A DNA stretch of 52,178 nucleotides. Source: an uncultured Sandaracinobacter sp. (GTDB lineage Bacteria; Pseudomonadota; Alphaproteobacteria; Sphingomonadales; Sphingomonadaceae). Positions 28,922 to 36,847 of the stretch are shown here, one piece after another. The translations under genes and the position numbers were made by a program. The notes under the pieces were generated by a model. That model was not told where the DNA came from. It searched no databases and worked only from the letters and a program-made list of their open reading frames with translations. The first letter of the stretch is position 1, and each line of letters begins with the position of its first letter. The stretch lies in contig CAYMZC010000001.1 in assembly GCA_964394815.1 (NCBI GenBank), positions 1-52,178 on the forward strand, written 5' to 3'.

Positions 28922-29665
28922 TCAGTCTGCCCGGCGGGCCGAGAGGATGGCGACGGGCCGGGCGATCATCTGGCCTTTCATCGCGCCCGTGCCTTCGGTT
29001 GCCGAAACGGGGGCCAGGAGAATCCGGCGCATCACGTCCATGCCTTCGACCACCCGGCCGAAGACGGCGAAACCGGCCGTGTCGCCTTCGCCTCCGGGCT
29101 GGGCATCGAGCGAGGTCAGCGGCCCGAGGGTGATGAAGAAATCGCCCTGCGCGCTGCCGGGCGCGCCGCGCGCCATGGAGATGGCGCCATCTCCATGGCC
29201 AAGGCCGGTTTTGGTCGTCGGTTCATGGGCGATGGGGGGCAGGGCGCGTTTCGGATCGGACTTGATTCCGCCCTGGATCAGCCCGAGATCCGGCCGGCCA
29301 GGGAAGGTGAGGGCGCGGTAGAAGCTGACGCCGTCCAGCCTTTTCTGATCGACATAGCGCAGGAAATTGGCGGTGGTGACGGGCGCGCGACCGCGATCGA
29401 GGGCCAGCATCATGGTGCCTTCGGCCGTCACGAGGCGCACACGCACGAGATCCTCGGGCGGGGCCTGTTTTTCCGTCGCCTGCGTGGTTTCGGCCTGCGT
29501 GGTTTCGGCCTGCGTGGTTTCGGCCTGTGCAGACCCGGCCGCTGTGCTTCCGGCCTCAGCGGGGGCTTCCGCCTCCGCGACCGGCGCGGCCTGCGGCGGC
29601 TCTTGCGCCACTGCCGGCTGGGCGAGGATGAGCAGAAGGGCGACGGGGCTGAGAAGGCGAATCAT
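28922..29665 (-). CDS. Periplasmic cyclophilin-type peptidyl-prolyl isomerase
   Basis: Signal peptide, APVTTANFLRYV, FYR, IQGG, ISMAR, FFI and FAVFGRVVEGMDV. Confidence 0.9.
   Translation of the reverse strand: MIRLLSPVALLLILAQPAVAQEPPQAAPVAEAEAPAEAGSTAAGSAQAETTQAETTQAETTQATEKQAPPEDLVRVRLVTAEGTMMLALDRGRAPVTTANFLRYVDQKRLDGVSFYRALTFPGRPDLGLIQGGIKSDPKRALPPIAHEPTTKTGLGHGDGAISMARGAPGSAQGDFFITLGPLTSLDAQPGGEGDTAGFAVFGRVVEGMDVMRRILLAPVSATEGTGAMKGQMIARPVAILSARRAD
29478..29522. repeat. In-frame 15-bp tandem repeat x3 (QAETT) in the cyclophilin linker
   Basis: GCCTGCGTGGTTTCG at 29478, 29493 and 29508. Confidence 0.92.
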
Positions 29666-29754
29666 GCCGCCAGTCTAGAGGCTGGCGCGGCGGCGCGGAA
29701 GCGCAGGCCCGTGCAAGGCGGACAGAGGGGCCGTGATGGGTTATGATGCGCGGC

Positions 29755-30618
29755 ATGAGTCCCATGCCCGAAGCCCCGCCGCCCGGTGCGGCGCCTGACT
29801 GGACCGTCCCCCAGCAGTGGGCGCGGTTCACCCGGGCCGAGCATGCCCTGTGGGACCGGCTCTACGCCCGCCAGCTTGCGCTTTTGCCCGGGCGGGCCGT
29901 GCCCCAGTTCCTCGACGGGCTGAAGGCCCTCGATCTCGGGGCGGGCGGCGTGCCGGACTATCGCCGCCTCAACGAGCGGCTGATGCGCCTGACGGGCTGG
30001 CAGGTGGTGGCCGTGCCGGGGCTGGTTCCCGATGATGTCTTCTTCGGGCATTTGTCGAACCGGCGCTTCGTTGCCGGCAATTTCATGCGCCGGCCCGACC
30101 AGATCGACTATCTGCAAGAGCCGGACATCTTCCACGATGTCTTCGGCCATGTGCCGCTCCTCGCCGACCCGGTGTTCGCGGATTACATGCAGGCCTATGG
30201 CGAGGGCGGGTTGCGCTCGATGCGGCACGGGGCGCTGCACAAGCTGGCCCGGCTCTACTGGTACACGGTGGAGTTCGGGCTGATGGAAACGGCGGACGGC
30301 ATCCGGATCTTCGGCGCCGGCATCCTGTCATCCGCCGGGGAAAGCCGCTTCGCCATCGAGGACCCTTCTCCCAACAGGCTCGGCTTCGACCTGATGCGGG
30401 TGATGCGGACGCGCTATCGCATTGACGACTATCAGCAGGGCTATTTCGTCATCCCCTCCTTCGAAGCGCTGCTGCGCCAGACCCTGGAGACGGATTTCGC
30501 CCCGCTCTACAAGGAACTCGCTGCGCTGCCCGATCTTTCCCCCGACGCCATTCTGCCCGGAGACAGGGTCTTCACCCGCGGCACACAGGCGCGCCCGGTT
30601 TCATCGCTGGCGCAATAG
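29755..30618 (+). CDS. phhA: Phenylalanine 4-monooxygenase
   Basis: EPDIFHDVFGHVP iron ligands, LYWYTVEFGL and GAGILSS.GE. The start lies between 29743 and 29764. Confidence 0.95.
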   Translation: MSPMPEAPPPGAAPDWTVPQQWARFTRAEHALWDRLYARQLALLPGRAVPQFLDGLKALDLGAGGVPDYRRLNERLMRLTGWQVVAVPGLVPDDVFFGHLSNRRFVAGNFMRRPDQIDYLQEPDIFHDVFGHVPLLADPVFADYMQAYGEGGLRSMRHGALHKLARLYWYTVEFGLMETADGIRIFGAGILSSAGESRFAIEDPSPNRLGFDLMRVMRTRYRIDDYQQGYFVIPSFEALLRQTLETDFAPLYKELAALPDLSPDAILPGDRVFTRGTQARPVSSLAQ

Positions 30619-31311
30619 ATCCTCGACGAATTCGGGCACCAGCGATCCGGCGGGGCCGAGGCGGCTTTCCGCGAAGCGGTCGCTTGTCATCGAGGGGTCG
30701 AGGTTCAGTTCCAGCGTGCGTGCGCCCGATTCCCGCGCGATGTCCACGAAGCCGGCAGCCGGATAGACATTGCCCGAGGTGCCGATCGACACGAAAAGGT
30801 CCGCCATAAGAAGCGCATCATGGATGCGCGGCATGTGATAGGGCATTTCCCCGAACCAAACGATATCCGGGCGGAGCCGGCCGCGCGCGCCGCAGCCGGG
30901 GCAGGGCGGCCAGCCAGCCAGCGGCCCCGCGTGGGGGAAGCGCCCGTCGCAGGCGAGGCACCAGGCCGATTTCAGCGCGCCATGCATATGCAGGAGGCGG
31001 CGGCTGCCGGCGCGTTCGTGCAGGTCATCGACATTCTGGGTGACGAGGAGCAGTTCGCCCGGCCATTCCGCATCGAGCCGCGCCAGCGCCATGTGCGCCG
31101 GGTTCGGCGCGACCGTGCCAAGGGCCGCACGGCGCAGATCATAGAAGCGCTGGACGAGCGCGGGGTCGTGGCGGAACGCTTCGGGGGTTGCCACATCCTC
31201 CACCCTGTGCCCTTCCCACAGGCCGCCGGGGCCGCGAAAGGTGGCAACGCCTGATTCGGCCGAAATGCCGGCCCCGGTCAGGATGACGATGCGCTCGAGC
31301 CTGTCTTTCAT
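30601..31311 (-). CDS. cobB: NAD-dependent protein deacylase (class III sirtuin)
   Basis: LTGAGISAESG, FYDLR (YxxR desuccinylase motif), TQNVD, HG, two CxxC motifs, RPDIVWFGE and GTSGNVYPAA. Confidence 0.93.
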   Translation of the reverse strand: MKDRLERIVILTGAGISAESGVATFRGPGGLWEGHRVEDVATPEAFRHDPALVQRFYDLRRAALGTVAPNPAHMALARLDAEWPGELLLVTQNVDDLHERAGSRRLLHMHGALKSAWCLACDGRFPHAGPLAGWPPCPGCGARGRLRPDIVWFGEMPYHMPRIHDALLMADLFVSIGTSGNVYPAAGFVDIARESGARTLELNLDPSMTSDRFAESRLGPAGSLVPEFVEDLLRQR

Positions 31312-31399
31312 GCCCGTCTCTTGCCAAGAGGGGCGATGGTTGGAAAGGTTCGGCGGCGCAACCGGCAGCCCGCGGGATGCCGGCAATGAGGAGCAGGAC

Positions 31400-32200
31400 A
31401 TGATCAGGATCGGTGTGCTGGGTGCAGGCGGGCGAATGGGGCAGGCGATCATCGCCGAAATCCAGGCCGCGCCGGATTGCATCCTGGCCGGCGGCGTCGA
31501 GCGTGCCGGCCATGCCATGTGCGGCACGCCGCTGGGCGAGGGGATGGTGATATGCGCCAATGCCGCCCCTGTCGCCCACAAGGCCGATGTGCTGATCGAC
31601 TTCACCTCGCCCGTGGCGCTGGAAGAAAATCTGCGCGCAGCGCAGGATGGAAAATCGGCGATCCTGATTGGAACGACCGGGCTTCAGCCCCGGCATCATG
31701 CGCTCATCGATGCGGCAGCGAAATCCATCCCCGTGCTTCAGGCGGCGAACACGGCGCTGGGCGTCACGCTTCTGGCGGCCCTGGTCGAGCAGGCGGCCCG
31801 TGCGCTCGATGCCAGCTGGGATATCGAGATCGTGGAACTGCACCATCGCCACAAGGTGGATGCGCCCTCGGGCACGGCCCTCTATCTGGGCGAGGCGGCT
31901 GCGCGCGGCCGTGGCGCGCCGCTTTCCGAACTGCGCCTGCCCGCCCATGAGGGAATGACCGGCCCGCGCCGGGGCGGCGGCATCGGTTTCGCGGCCCTGC
32001 GGGGTGGTTCGGCCGCTGGCGACCACCGGGTTATCCTGGCTGGCGAGGGGGAGCGGATCGAACTGGGCCATGTGGCCGAAAACCGCGAGATCTTCGCGCG
32101 TGGCGCCGTCAGGGGCGCTCGCTGGGTGGCGAAGCAGAAGCCGGGCCGCTACGCGATGGCGGACATGTTCCGCGATGCCCTGTCGAAGGCCGCCAGTTAG
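31400..32200 (+). CDS. dapB: 4-hydroxy-tetrahydrodipicolinate reductase
   Basis: GAGGRMG, IDFT, IGTTG, ELHHRHKVDAPSGTA and RGG. RBS AGGA. Confidence 0.97.
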   Translation: MIRIGVLGAGGRMGQAIIAEIQAAPDCILAGGVERAGHAMCGTPLGEGMVICANAAPVAHKADVLIDFTSPVALEENLRAAQDGKSAILIGTTGLQPRHHALIDAAAKSIPVLQAANTALGVTLLAALVEQAARALDASWDIEIVELHHRHKVDAPSGTALYLGEAAARGRGAPLSELRLPAHEGMTGPRRGGGIGFAALRGGSAAGDHRVILAGEGERIELGHVAENREIFARGAVRGARWVAKQKPGRYAMADMFRDALSKAAS

Positions 32201-32391
32201 GCAGCCGGCATGAGGCGTGCGCCGGAGGGCGCGGGCCCTGCGCTGACGAAGTGGGAAACGCGGCCATCGGCACGTGCCTGGGCCGTGGCGGACGCTTCAT
32301 GCGCCGGACCCTCGGGCGGGGCGGAAGCAAAGCGCGACATTCCGACGAGCGAGAAACCGAGCAGAAATCCGATGATGATGGCTTTCAGCAT
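32197..32391 (-). CDS. Small hypothetical protein with an N-terminal hydrophobic helix (64 aa)
   Basis: MLKAIIIGFLLGFSLVGMS is a signal or TM-like segment. The ORF fills the gap between dapB and infA, and its stop overlaps the dapB stop. Confidence 0.4.
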   Translation of the reverse strand: MLKAIIIGFLLGFSLVGMSRFASAPPEGPAHEASATAQARADGRVSHFVSAGPAPSGARLMPAA

Positions 32392-32622
32392 CCGAATATG
32401 CCTGTCCTGGCTGGTGACGAAGGGGCGGCGCGATTCCATGCCGAACCATGAAGACCGCGCCTCTCCATGGGCGGCACCTAGCGCCCATGGGGCACGGGAT
32501 GCTTGGAGGAATCCGACAGAAGCATGCGCCGGTCTTGCCAAGATGGCCTGTTTTGGGCATGGCGGCGGCCATGTCAGCCCCGGCACGCCGGGGTCATTGT
32601 CCGAAGGTTATTGCATCAGCCC

Positions 32623-32841
32623 ATGCCCAAGGAAGAGCTTCTCGAGATGCGGGGAACGGTCGTCGAACTGCTTCCCAACGCCATGTTCAGGGTGCGTCTG
32701 GAAAATGATCACGAGATCCTGGGCCATACGGCGGGCAAGATGCGCAAGAACCGCATCCGCGTGCTGACCGGCGATGAAGTGCTGGTGGAACTGACCCCCT
32801 ACGACCTGACCAAGGGCCGGATCACCTACAGGTTCAAGTGA
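32623..32841 (+). CDS. infA: Translation initiation factor IF-1
   Basis: [28 protein letters not shown]...GKMRKNRIR...[14 protein letters not shown], 72 aa. Confidence 0.98.
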   Translation: MPKEELLEMRGTVVELLPNAMFRVRLENDHEILGHTAGKMRKNRIRVLTGDEVLVELTPYDLTKGRITYRFK

Positions 32842-33455
32842 ACGGGCAGGGTGAAGTGAACGGGGCCTCTCCCGCCACGGGCAGGCCGCCGCTTGTCCTT
32901 GCCTCGGCCTCGCCGCGCAGGCTGGATCTGCTTGGCCGTCTTGGCCTTTCCCCATGCGCGATCGATCCTGCCGATATCGATGAATCGGTGCGCAAGGGCG
33001 AATTGCCCGAGCCGCATGTCGCGAGGCTCGCTGCCGAAAAGGCTGGGGTCGTTGCGGCCCGGCATGCGGGCGCCGTGGTTCTTGCCGCCGATACGCTGGT
33101 GGCCGTCGGCCGCCGAATCTTGCCCAAGGCCGAGGACGAGGCGACCGCGCGCGCCTGCCTCCGGCTCATCGCCGGCCGCCGTCACAAGGTGCTGACCGCC
33201 CTGACCGTGGTGGATGCGAAGGGCGTTGCCCGCCATCGTCTCAGCCGGTCCACGGTGCGTGTTGCGCCGCTTTCGGCGGCCGACATCGATGCCTATGTCG
33301 CCAGCGGCGAGTGGCACGGCAAGGCGGGCGGCTATGCCATACAGGGCCGGTTCGAAGCCCATGTGGCCTGGATGGAAGGCAGTTTTTCCGGCGTGATGGG
33401 CCTGCCGCTCTACGACGCGCGGGCCATGCTGAAGACAGCGGGGATTCTTGGCTGA
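32838..33455 (+). CDS. maf: Maf family nucleotide pyrophosphatase (YhdE-like)
   Basis: [26 protein letters not shown] and VMGLP. Confidence 0.95.
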   Translation: MNGQGEVNGASPATGRPPLVLASASPRRLDLLGRLGLSPCAIDPADIDESVRKGELPEPHVARLAAEKAGVVAARHAGAVVLAADTLVAVGRRILPKAEDEATARACLRLIAGRRHKVLTALTVVDAKGVARHRLSRSTVRVAPLSAADIDAYVASGEWHGKAGGYAIQGRFEAHVAWMEGSFSGVMGLPLYDARAMLKTAGILG

Positions 33456-34422
33456 GCTTTTCGTCGATTCGCGGCTGGGCGAGACTCGCGCTGCTCTGGT
33501 CGAGAAGGGGCAACTGCTCGCGATGCATCTCGAGCGGGATGGCGATGGCCTGCCTGCCGGCGCCCGGGTTCCGGCGCGGCTGAAGGCAAGGCTTGGCCTG
33601 CGCGGCATCGCCCTTCTGCCCGGTGGCGAGGAGGCCGTGATCGAGCCATGGCCCGCAGGCCTTGCCGAGGGCGCCACAATCCGGGTGGAGGTGCGCCGCG
33701 CTGCCTGGCGCGAGCCAGGGCGGGTGCGGATTGCGAAAGTGCGCGCGACCGACCTGCCGGAACAGCCGCCGCTGCCGCTTGCCGCGCGGCTTGCCGCCAT
33801 TGGGCACCGGCCTGTTGCCGGCTGGCCGGCCGACGTGGCTGCCGCCTGGGACGAGGGCTGGGAGGCTGCCGAGCTTGGCCGCATGGCCTTTCCCGGCGGC
33901 AGCCTCAGCCTGACGCCCACGCCCGCGATGGTGGCAGTGGATGTGGATGGCGCCGGCAGCGATCTGGCAGGGCCGGCGCTGGTGATGCTGGCGCGGCTGA
34001 TACGGCTCTGGGGGCTTGGTGGGTCCGTGGTGATCGACCTGCCGGCGCTTTCGGGAAAGGCGGCGCGCACGGCCGCCGCCGATACCTTTGACCGGGCCAT
34101 GGGCTGGGCCGCGCCCGGCAGCTGGGAACGCACCGCCATCAACGGCTTTGGCCTGATGCAGATCGTGCTGCAACGTCCCGGCCCTTCGATCCTGGAACGC
34201 GCGCGGCTGGAAACGGTGGAAACGGCGGCCATCGGGCTTCTCGAATCGGCCGCGCGCGAGCCGCGACCCGGGTCGCTGCGGATCCTCGCTGCGCCCGCCA
34301 TCGCCGGCTGGCTGGAGGCGCGGCCGCATCTTCTGGCGCGGCTGGCGCGGCAGGCCGGGCGGCGCGTGGACGTCAGGGCCGACTTCATGGCAGGGAAGGG
34401 CCATGTCGAACCAGCAGACTGA
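33448..34422 (+). CDS. Divergent, shortened ribonuclease E/G family protein
   Basis: GETRAALVE N-terminus, TPAMVAVDVDG, GGSVVIDLP and INGFGLMQIV..R. It sits between maf and yacG, the usual rng position. Confidence 0.75.
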   Translation: MAELFVDSRLGETRAALVEKGQLLAMHLERDGDGLPAGARVPARLKARLGLRGIALLPGGEEAVIEPWPAGLAEGATIRVEVRRAAWREPGRVRIAKVRATDLPEQPPLPLAARLAAIGHRPVAGWPADVAAAWDEGWEAAELGRMAFPGGSLSLTPTPAMVAVDVDGAGSDLAGPALVMLARLIRLWGLGGSVVIDLPALSGKAARTAAADTFDRAMGWAAPGSWERTAINGFGLMQIVLQRPGPSILERARLETVETAAIGLLESAAREPRPGSLRILAAPAIAGWLEARPHLLARLARQAGRRVDVRADFMAGKGHVEPAD

Positions 34423-34591
34423 GCGCCTTCAGGGCGTGAAAACCGCCTGCCCCATGTGCCGGAAACCGTCGGACCCGGCGCATGCACCCTTCTGTTCGCG
34501 CAGCTGCCGCGACAGGGATCTCATCCAGTGGCTGGATGGCGGCTATGTGCTTCCGGGAAGGCCTTTTGCAGAAGGTGACGAAGACAGTTGA
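34403..34591 (+). CDS. yacG: DNA gyrase inhibitor YacG
   Basis: CPMC...PFCSRSCRDRDL..WL.G.Y..P zinc finger. Confidence 0.92.
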   Translation: MSNQQTERLQGVKTACPMCRKPSDPAHAPFCSRSCRDRDLIQWLDGGYVLPGRPFAEGDEDS

Positions 34592-34616
34592 CCGCGCCTG
34601 CGGGGCAGCCTATAGC
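34588..34616 (+). promoter_or_regulatory. Sigma-70 promoter for tRNA-Phe
   Basis: TTGACC (34588-34593), 17-nt spacer, TATAGC (34611-34616), then a GC-rich discriminator just before the tRNA. Confidence 0.75.
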
Positions 34617-34627
34617 CCGCCTCCCGT

Positions 34628-34703
34628 GCCTAGGTAGCTCAGTTGGTAGAGCATACGACTGAAAATCGTAGTGTCGGCAGTTCGATTCTGCCCCTGGGCA
34701 CCA
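34628..34703 (+). tRNA. tRNA-Phe (GAA)
   Basis: 76-nt cloverleaf: acceptor GCCTAGG/CCTGGGC, D arm GCTC-AGTTGGTA-GAGC, anticodon arm TACGA-CTGAAAA-TCGTA, T arm GGCAG-TTCGATT-CTGCC and an encoded CCA. Confidence 0.99.
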
Positions 34704-34899
34704 CTTTCCCCCTCCTTTGATGAAGACGCTGTGCAAGACGCCCGCAGGGGCGGCTTTGTTGCACGGCTTGCGGGTTGGTGCCGCCGGATGGCTCCCTTCA
34801 GTCCCGTCAGGCGCACGGCCTGTCGCAGGCGTGGCCTCTTCCTTCTTGTAATGCCTTGGGGTCGAAATCTAATCGTTCCTCATGTCTCGATCCGATTCC

Positions 34900-35535
34900 A
34901 TGATGAACCTGAATCGCCGCGCCTTTCTTGGCGCTGCCGCTGTCGGCCTTGCCGCGCCGGCTACCCTGGCCTTTCCGGCGGTCGCAGAAGCCCGCCCCGC
35001 TGGCCTGCCGCCTGCCGGAAGCCGCACCCTGCGCGACGTCGCCCAGGAGGGGCTTGAGCGCCACGCCGCGTCCATCCGCCACAAGGACCTGATTGCCATT
35101 GCCGATTTTGCCTCCCCCTCGCGTGAAGCGCGGTTCTTCATCGTCGACATGAAGGCGGGCCGGGCAACCTCCCATCTCGTCTCGCATGGGCGCGGGTCCG
35201 ATCCGGCCCATTCGGGCTGGGTGCAGCGCTTCTCGAACACGCCGGGTTCGCTCGCCTCTTCGGATGGCGCCTATCTGACCGGGGCCTATTATCATGGCAA
35301 GCATGGCCGTTCACAGCGCCTGCTGGGCCTTGAACCTCAGAACAGCAACGCCGAGGCGCGCGCCATCGTGATCCACGGCGCCTGGTATGTTTCCCCGCAG
35401 ATGGCGCGCCAGCATGGCAAGATCGGCCGCTCGGAAGGCTGTTTCGCCTTTGCCGACAACAGCCTCGATGAAGTGCTGGAGCGCATGGGACCGGGCAGGC
35501 TGCTTTACGCCGGCAAGTTCGGCATCGCCGCCTGA
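34900..35535 (+). CDS. Murein L,D-transpeptidase catalytic domain protein (YkuD_2 family), Tat-exported
   Basis: NRRAFL twin-arginine signal, DF..PS...RF, VSHGRGSD, FSN, and AIVIHGA...GRSEGCFA. Confidence 0.88.
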   Translation: MMNLNRRAFLGAAAVGLAAPATLAFPAVAEARPAGLPPAGSRTLRDVAQEGLERHAASIRHKDLIAIADFASPSREARFFIVDMKAGRATSHLVSHGRGSDPAHSGWVQRFSNTPGSLASSDGAYLTGAYYHGKHGRSQRLLGLEPQNSNAEARAIVIHGAWYVSPQMARQHGKIGRSEGCFAFADNSLDEVLERMGPGRLLYAGKFGIAA

Positions 35536-36809
35536 CACTCGCTTCCCGCGATGATCGTGGGCGCTTGCGCGCTCATGGTCGATGACCGGGCCGATTCCCC
35601 GGTATCGGGCGCTCCGAGGGCATCCCTGACCGGCCTGTCGCGGCCATAGAGGTCGCGGTGGAAGAGGATATCGCCCGATTCGCCCGGCGTTGCCGTGAAA
35701 TAGGCGATATGCACCGGCAGTTGCTGCGGCAGGGGCACGCGCGTGGTCTTGCGTTCCGCGAGCACGCTGTCGATCCGCGCCCTGTCCCAGCCGGGCACCG
35801 TTTCGAGCAATATGGCTGACAGATCGACAATCCCCTGCGTGCGGATGCAGCCGTGCGAGAAGGCGCGGACGTCGCGGTCGAACAGGGCCTTTGATGGCGT
35901 ATCGTGCATGAAGATGGCGTGGCGGTTGGGCATGTCGAACTTCACCTGCCCCAGCGAATTGCCCGGTCCGGGCATCTGTGTGACGTTCAGGCGGCCGCCC
36001 GTGTAGGTCCATGTGTAGCCGCGCGCACGCGCTGTCGATGGCCGGTTGCGCACGAGGCTGCCGACACTTTCCGCGATGATGCTCTGCGGCACCACCCAGG
36101 GCGGGTTGAGGACAATGCCCGTCATGACGGACGAGAACTGGATCGTCGGTGTCTTCACCTTGCCGACGATGACGCGCTTTCGGGCGGCAACCGCCCCGCC
36201 CTGCACAAGCCGCATTTCGAAGGCGGGCACATTCACGAGGATATGATCCGGCCCGAGCAGGCGCGGCATCCAGCGCCAGCGGTCGAGGTTGACGCGCAGG
36301 GTGGCGCGCGCGTCGGCATCGGCCGTTGTGGCAAGGGCGGCCCTGAGGGCGCGATAATCGTCATGATCGGGTAGCAGAGTCTCGAGGCTGCGGCGCACCG
36401 TTCCATTGGCAAGCGCATCCGAAAGTCGGGCCTGCAGAAAGGCGTCATCGGCGCGCGGTGCCGTCACATGCCAGCCGTGCCGTGCGGCAGCGGGCGTGCG
36501 TCCGCGGGCATAATCGCGCGCAAGGGCGAAATAGGCGCTGGTTGCGACGGACGAGAGGCCGAGAAAATCGCCCGAGGCAATGGCCGCGGACAGTTCTGCG
36601 GCCTTGTAGTCAGCCGGGTCCAGTCCTTCCGCCGCCGCCGCCTCGATCACCTGCAGAAGCCCGGTCGCCGATGCCGGGGTCCAGCTGGCGAGGGCCACAG
36701 CCATATCGGGGGAAGCCTGGGGGGCGACCATTGCGGCCGGCTGGCCAGCCAGACCGGGCTGGGTGGCAAGGAGCAGTGCAGCGAATGCAAGGGGAAGCGA
36801 CCTTTTCAT
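35505..36809 (-). CDS. L,D-transpeptidase, YcbB/LdtD-like
   Basis: Signal peptide, GLDPADY scaffold, NLDRWRW, VNVPAF, VIVGK, NPPWVVP, PGPGNSLG and HDTP...RAFSHGCIR. Confidence 0.92.
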   Translation of the reverse strand: MKRSLPLAFAALLLATQPGLAGQPAAMVAPQASPDMAVALASWTPASATGLLQVIEAAAAEGLDPADYKAAELSAAIASGDFLGLSSVATSAYFALARDYARGRTPAAARHGWHVTAPRADDAFLQARLSDALANGTVRRSLETLLPDHDDYRALRAALATTADADARATLRVNLDRWRWMPRLLGPDHILVNVPAFEMRLVQGGAVAARKRVIVGKVKTPTIQFSSVMTGIVLNPPWVVPQSIIAESVGSLVRNRPSTARARGYTWTYTGGRLNVTQMPGPGNSLGQVKFDMPNRHAIFMHDTPSKALFDRDVRAFSHGCIRTQGIVDLSAILLETVPGWDRARIDSVLAERKTTRVPLPQQLPVHIAYFTATPGESGDILFHRDLYGRDRPVRDALGAPDTGESARSSTMSAQAPTIIAGSECQAAMPNLPA

Positions 36810-36847
36810 GACGTATGGATAGAGCAATGCCGCCATGCCGCAACCTG

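Noticed and set aside
30601-31311. Sir2-based anti-phage defence gene
   Set aside because: It is an ordinary zinc-finger class III CobB among housekeeping genes, with no HerA, pAgo, ThsB or other partner.
34628-34899. Genomic island or prophage integrated at tRNA-Phe
   Set aside because: There is no integrase, no duplicated tRNA 3' end that I could find, and no compositional shift. Only an imperfect hairpin (about 34728-34767) follows the tRNA.
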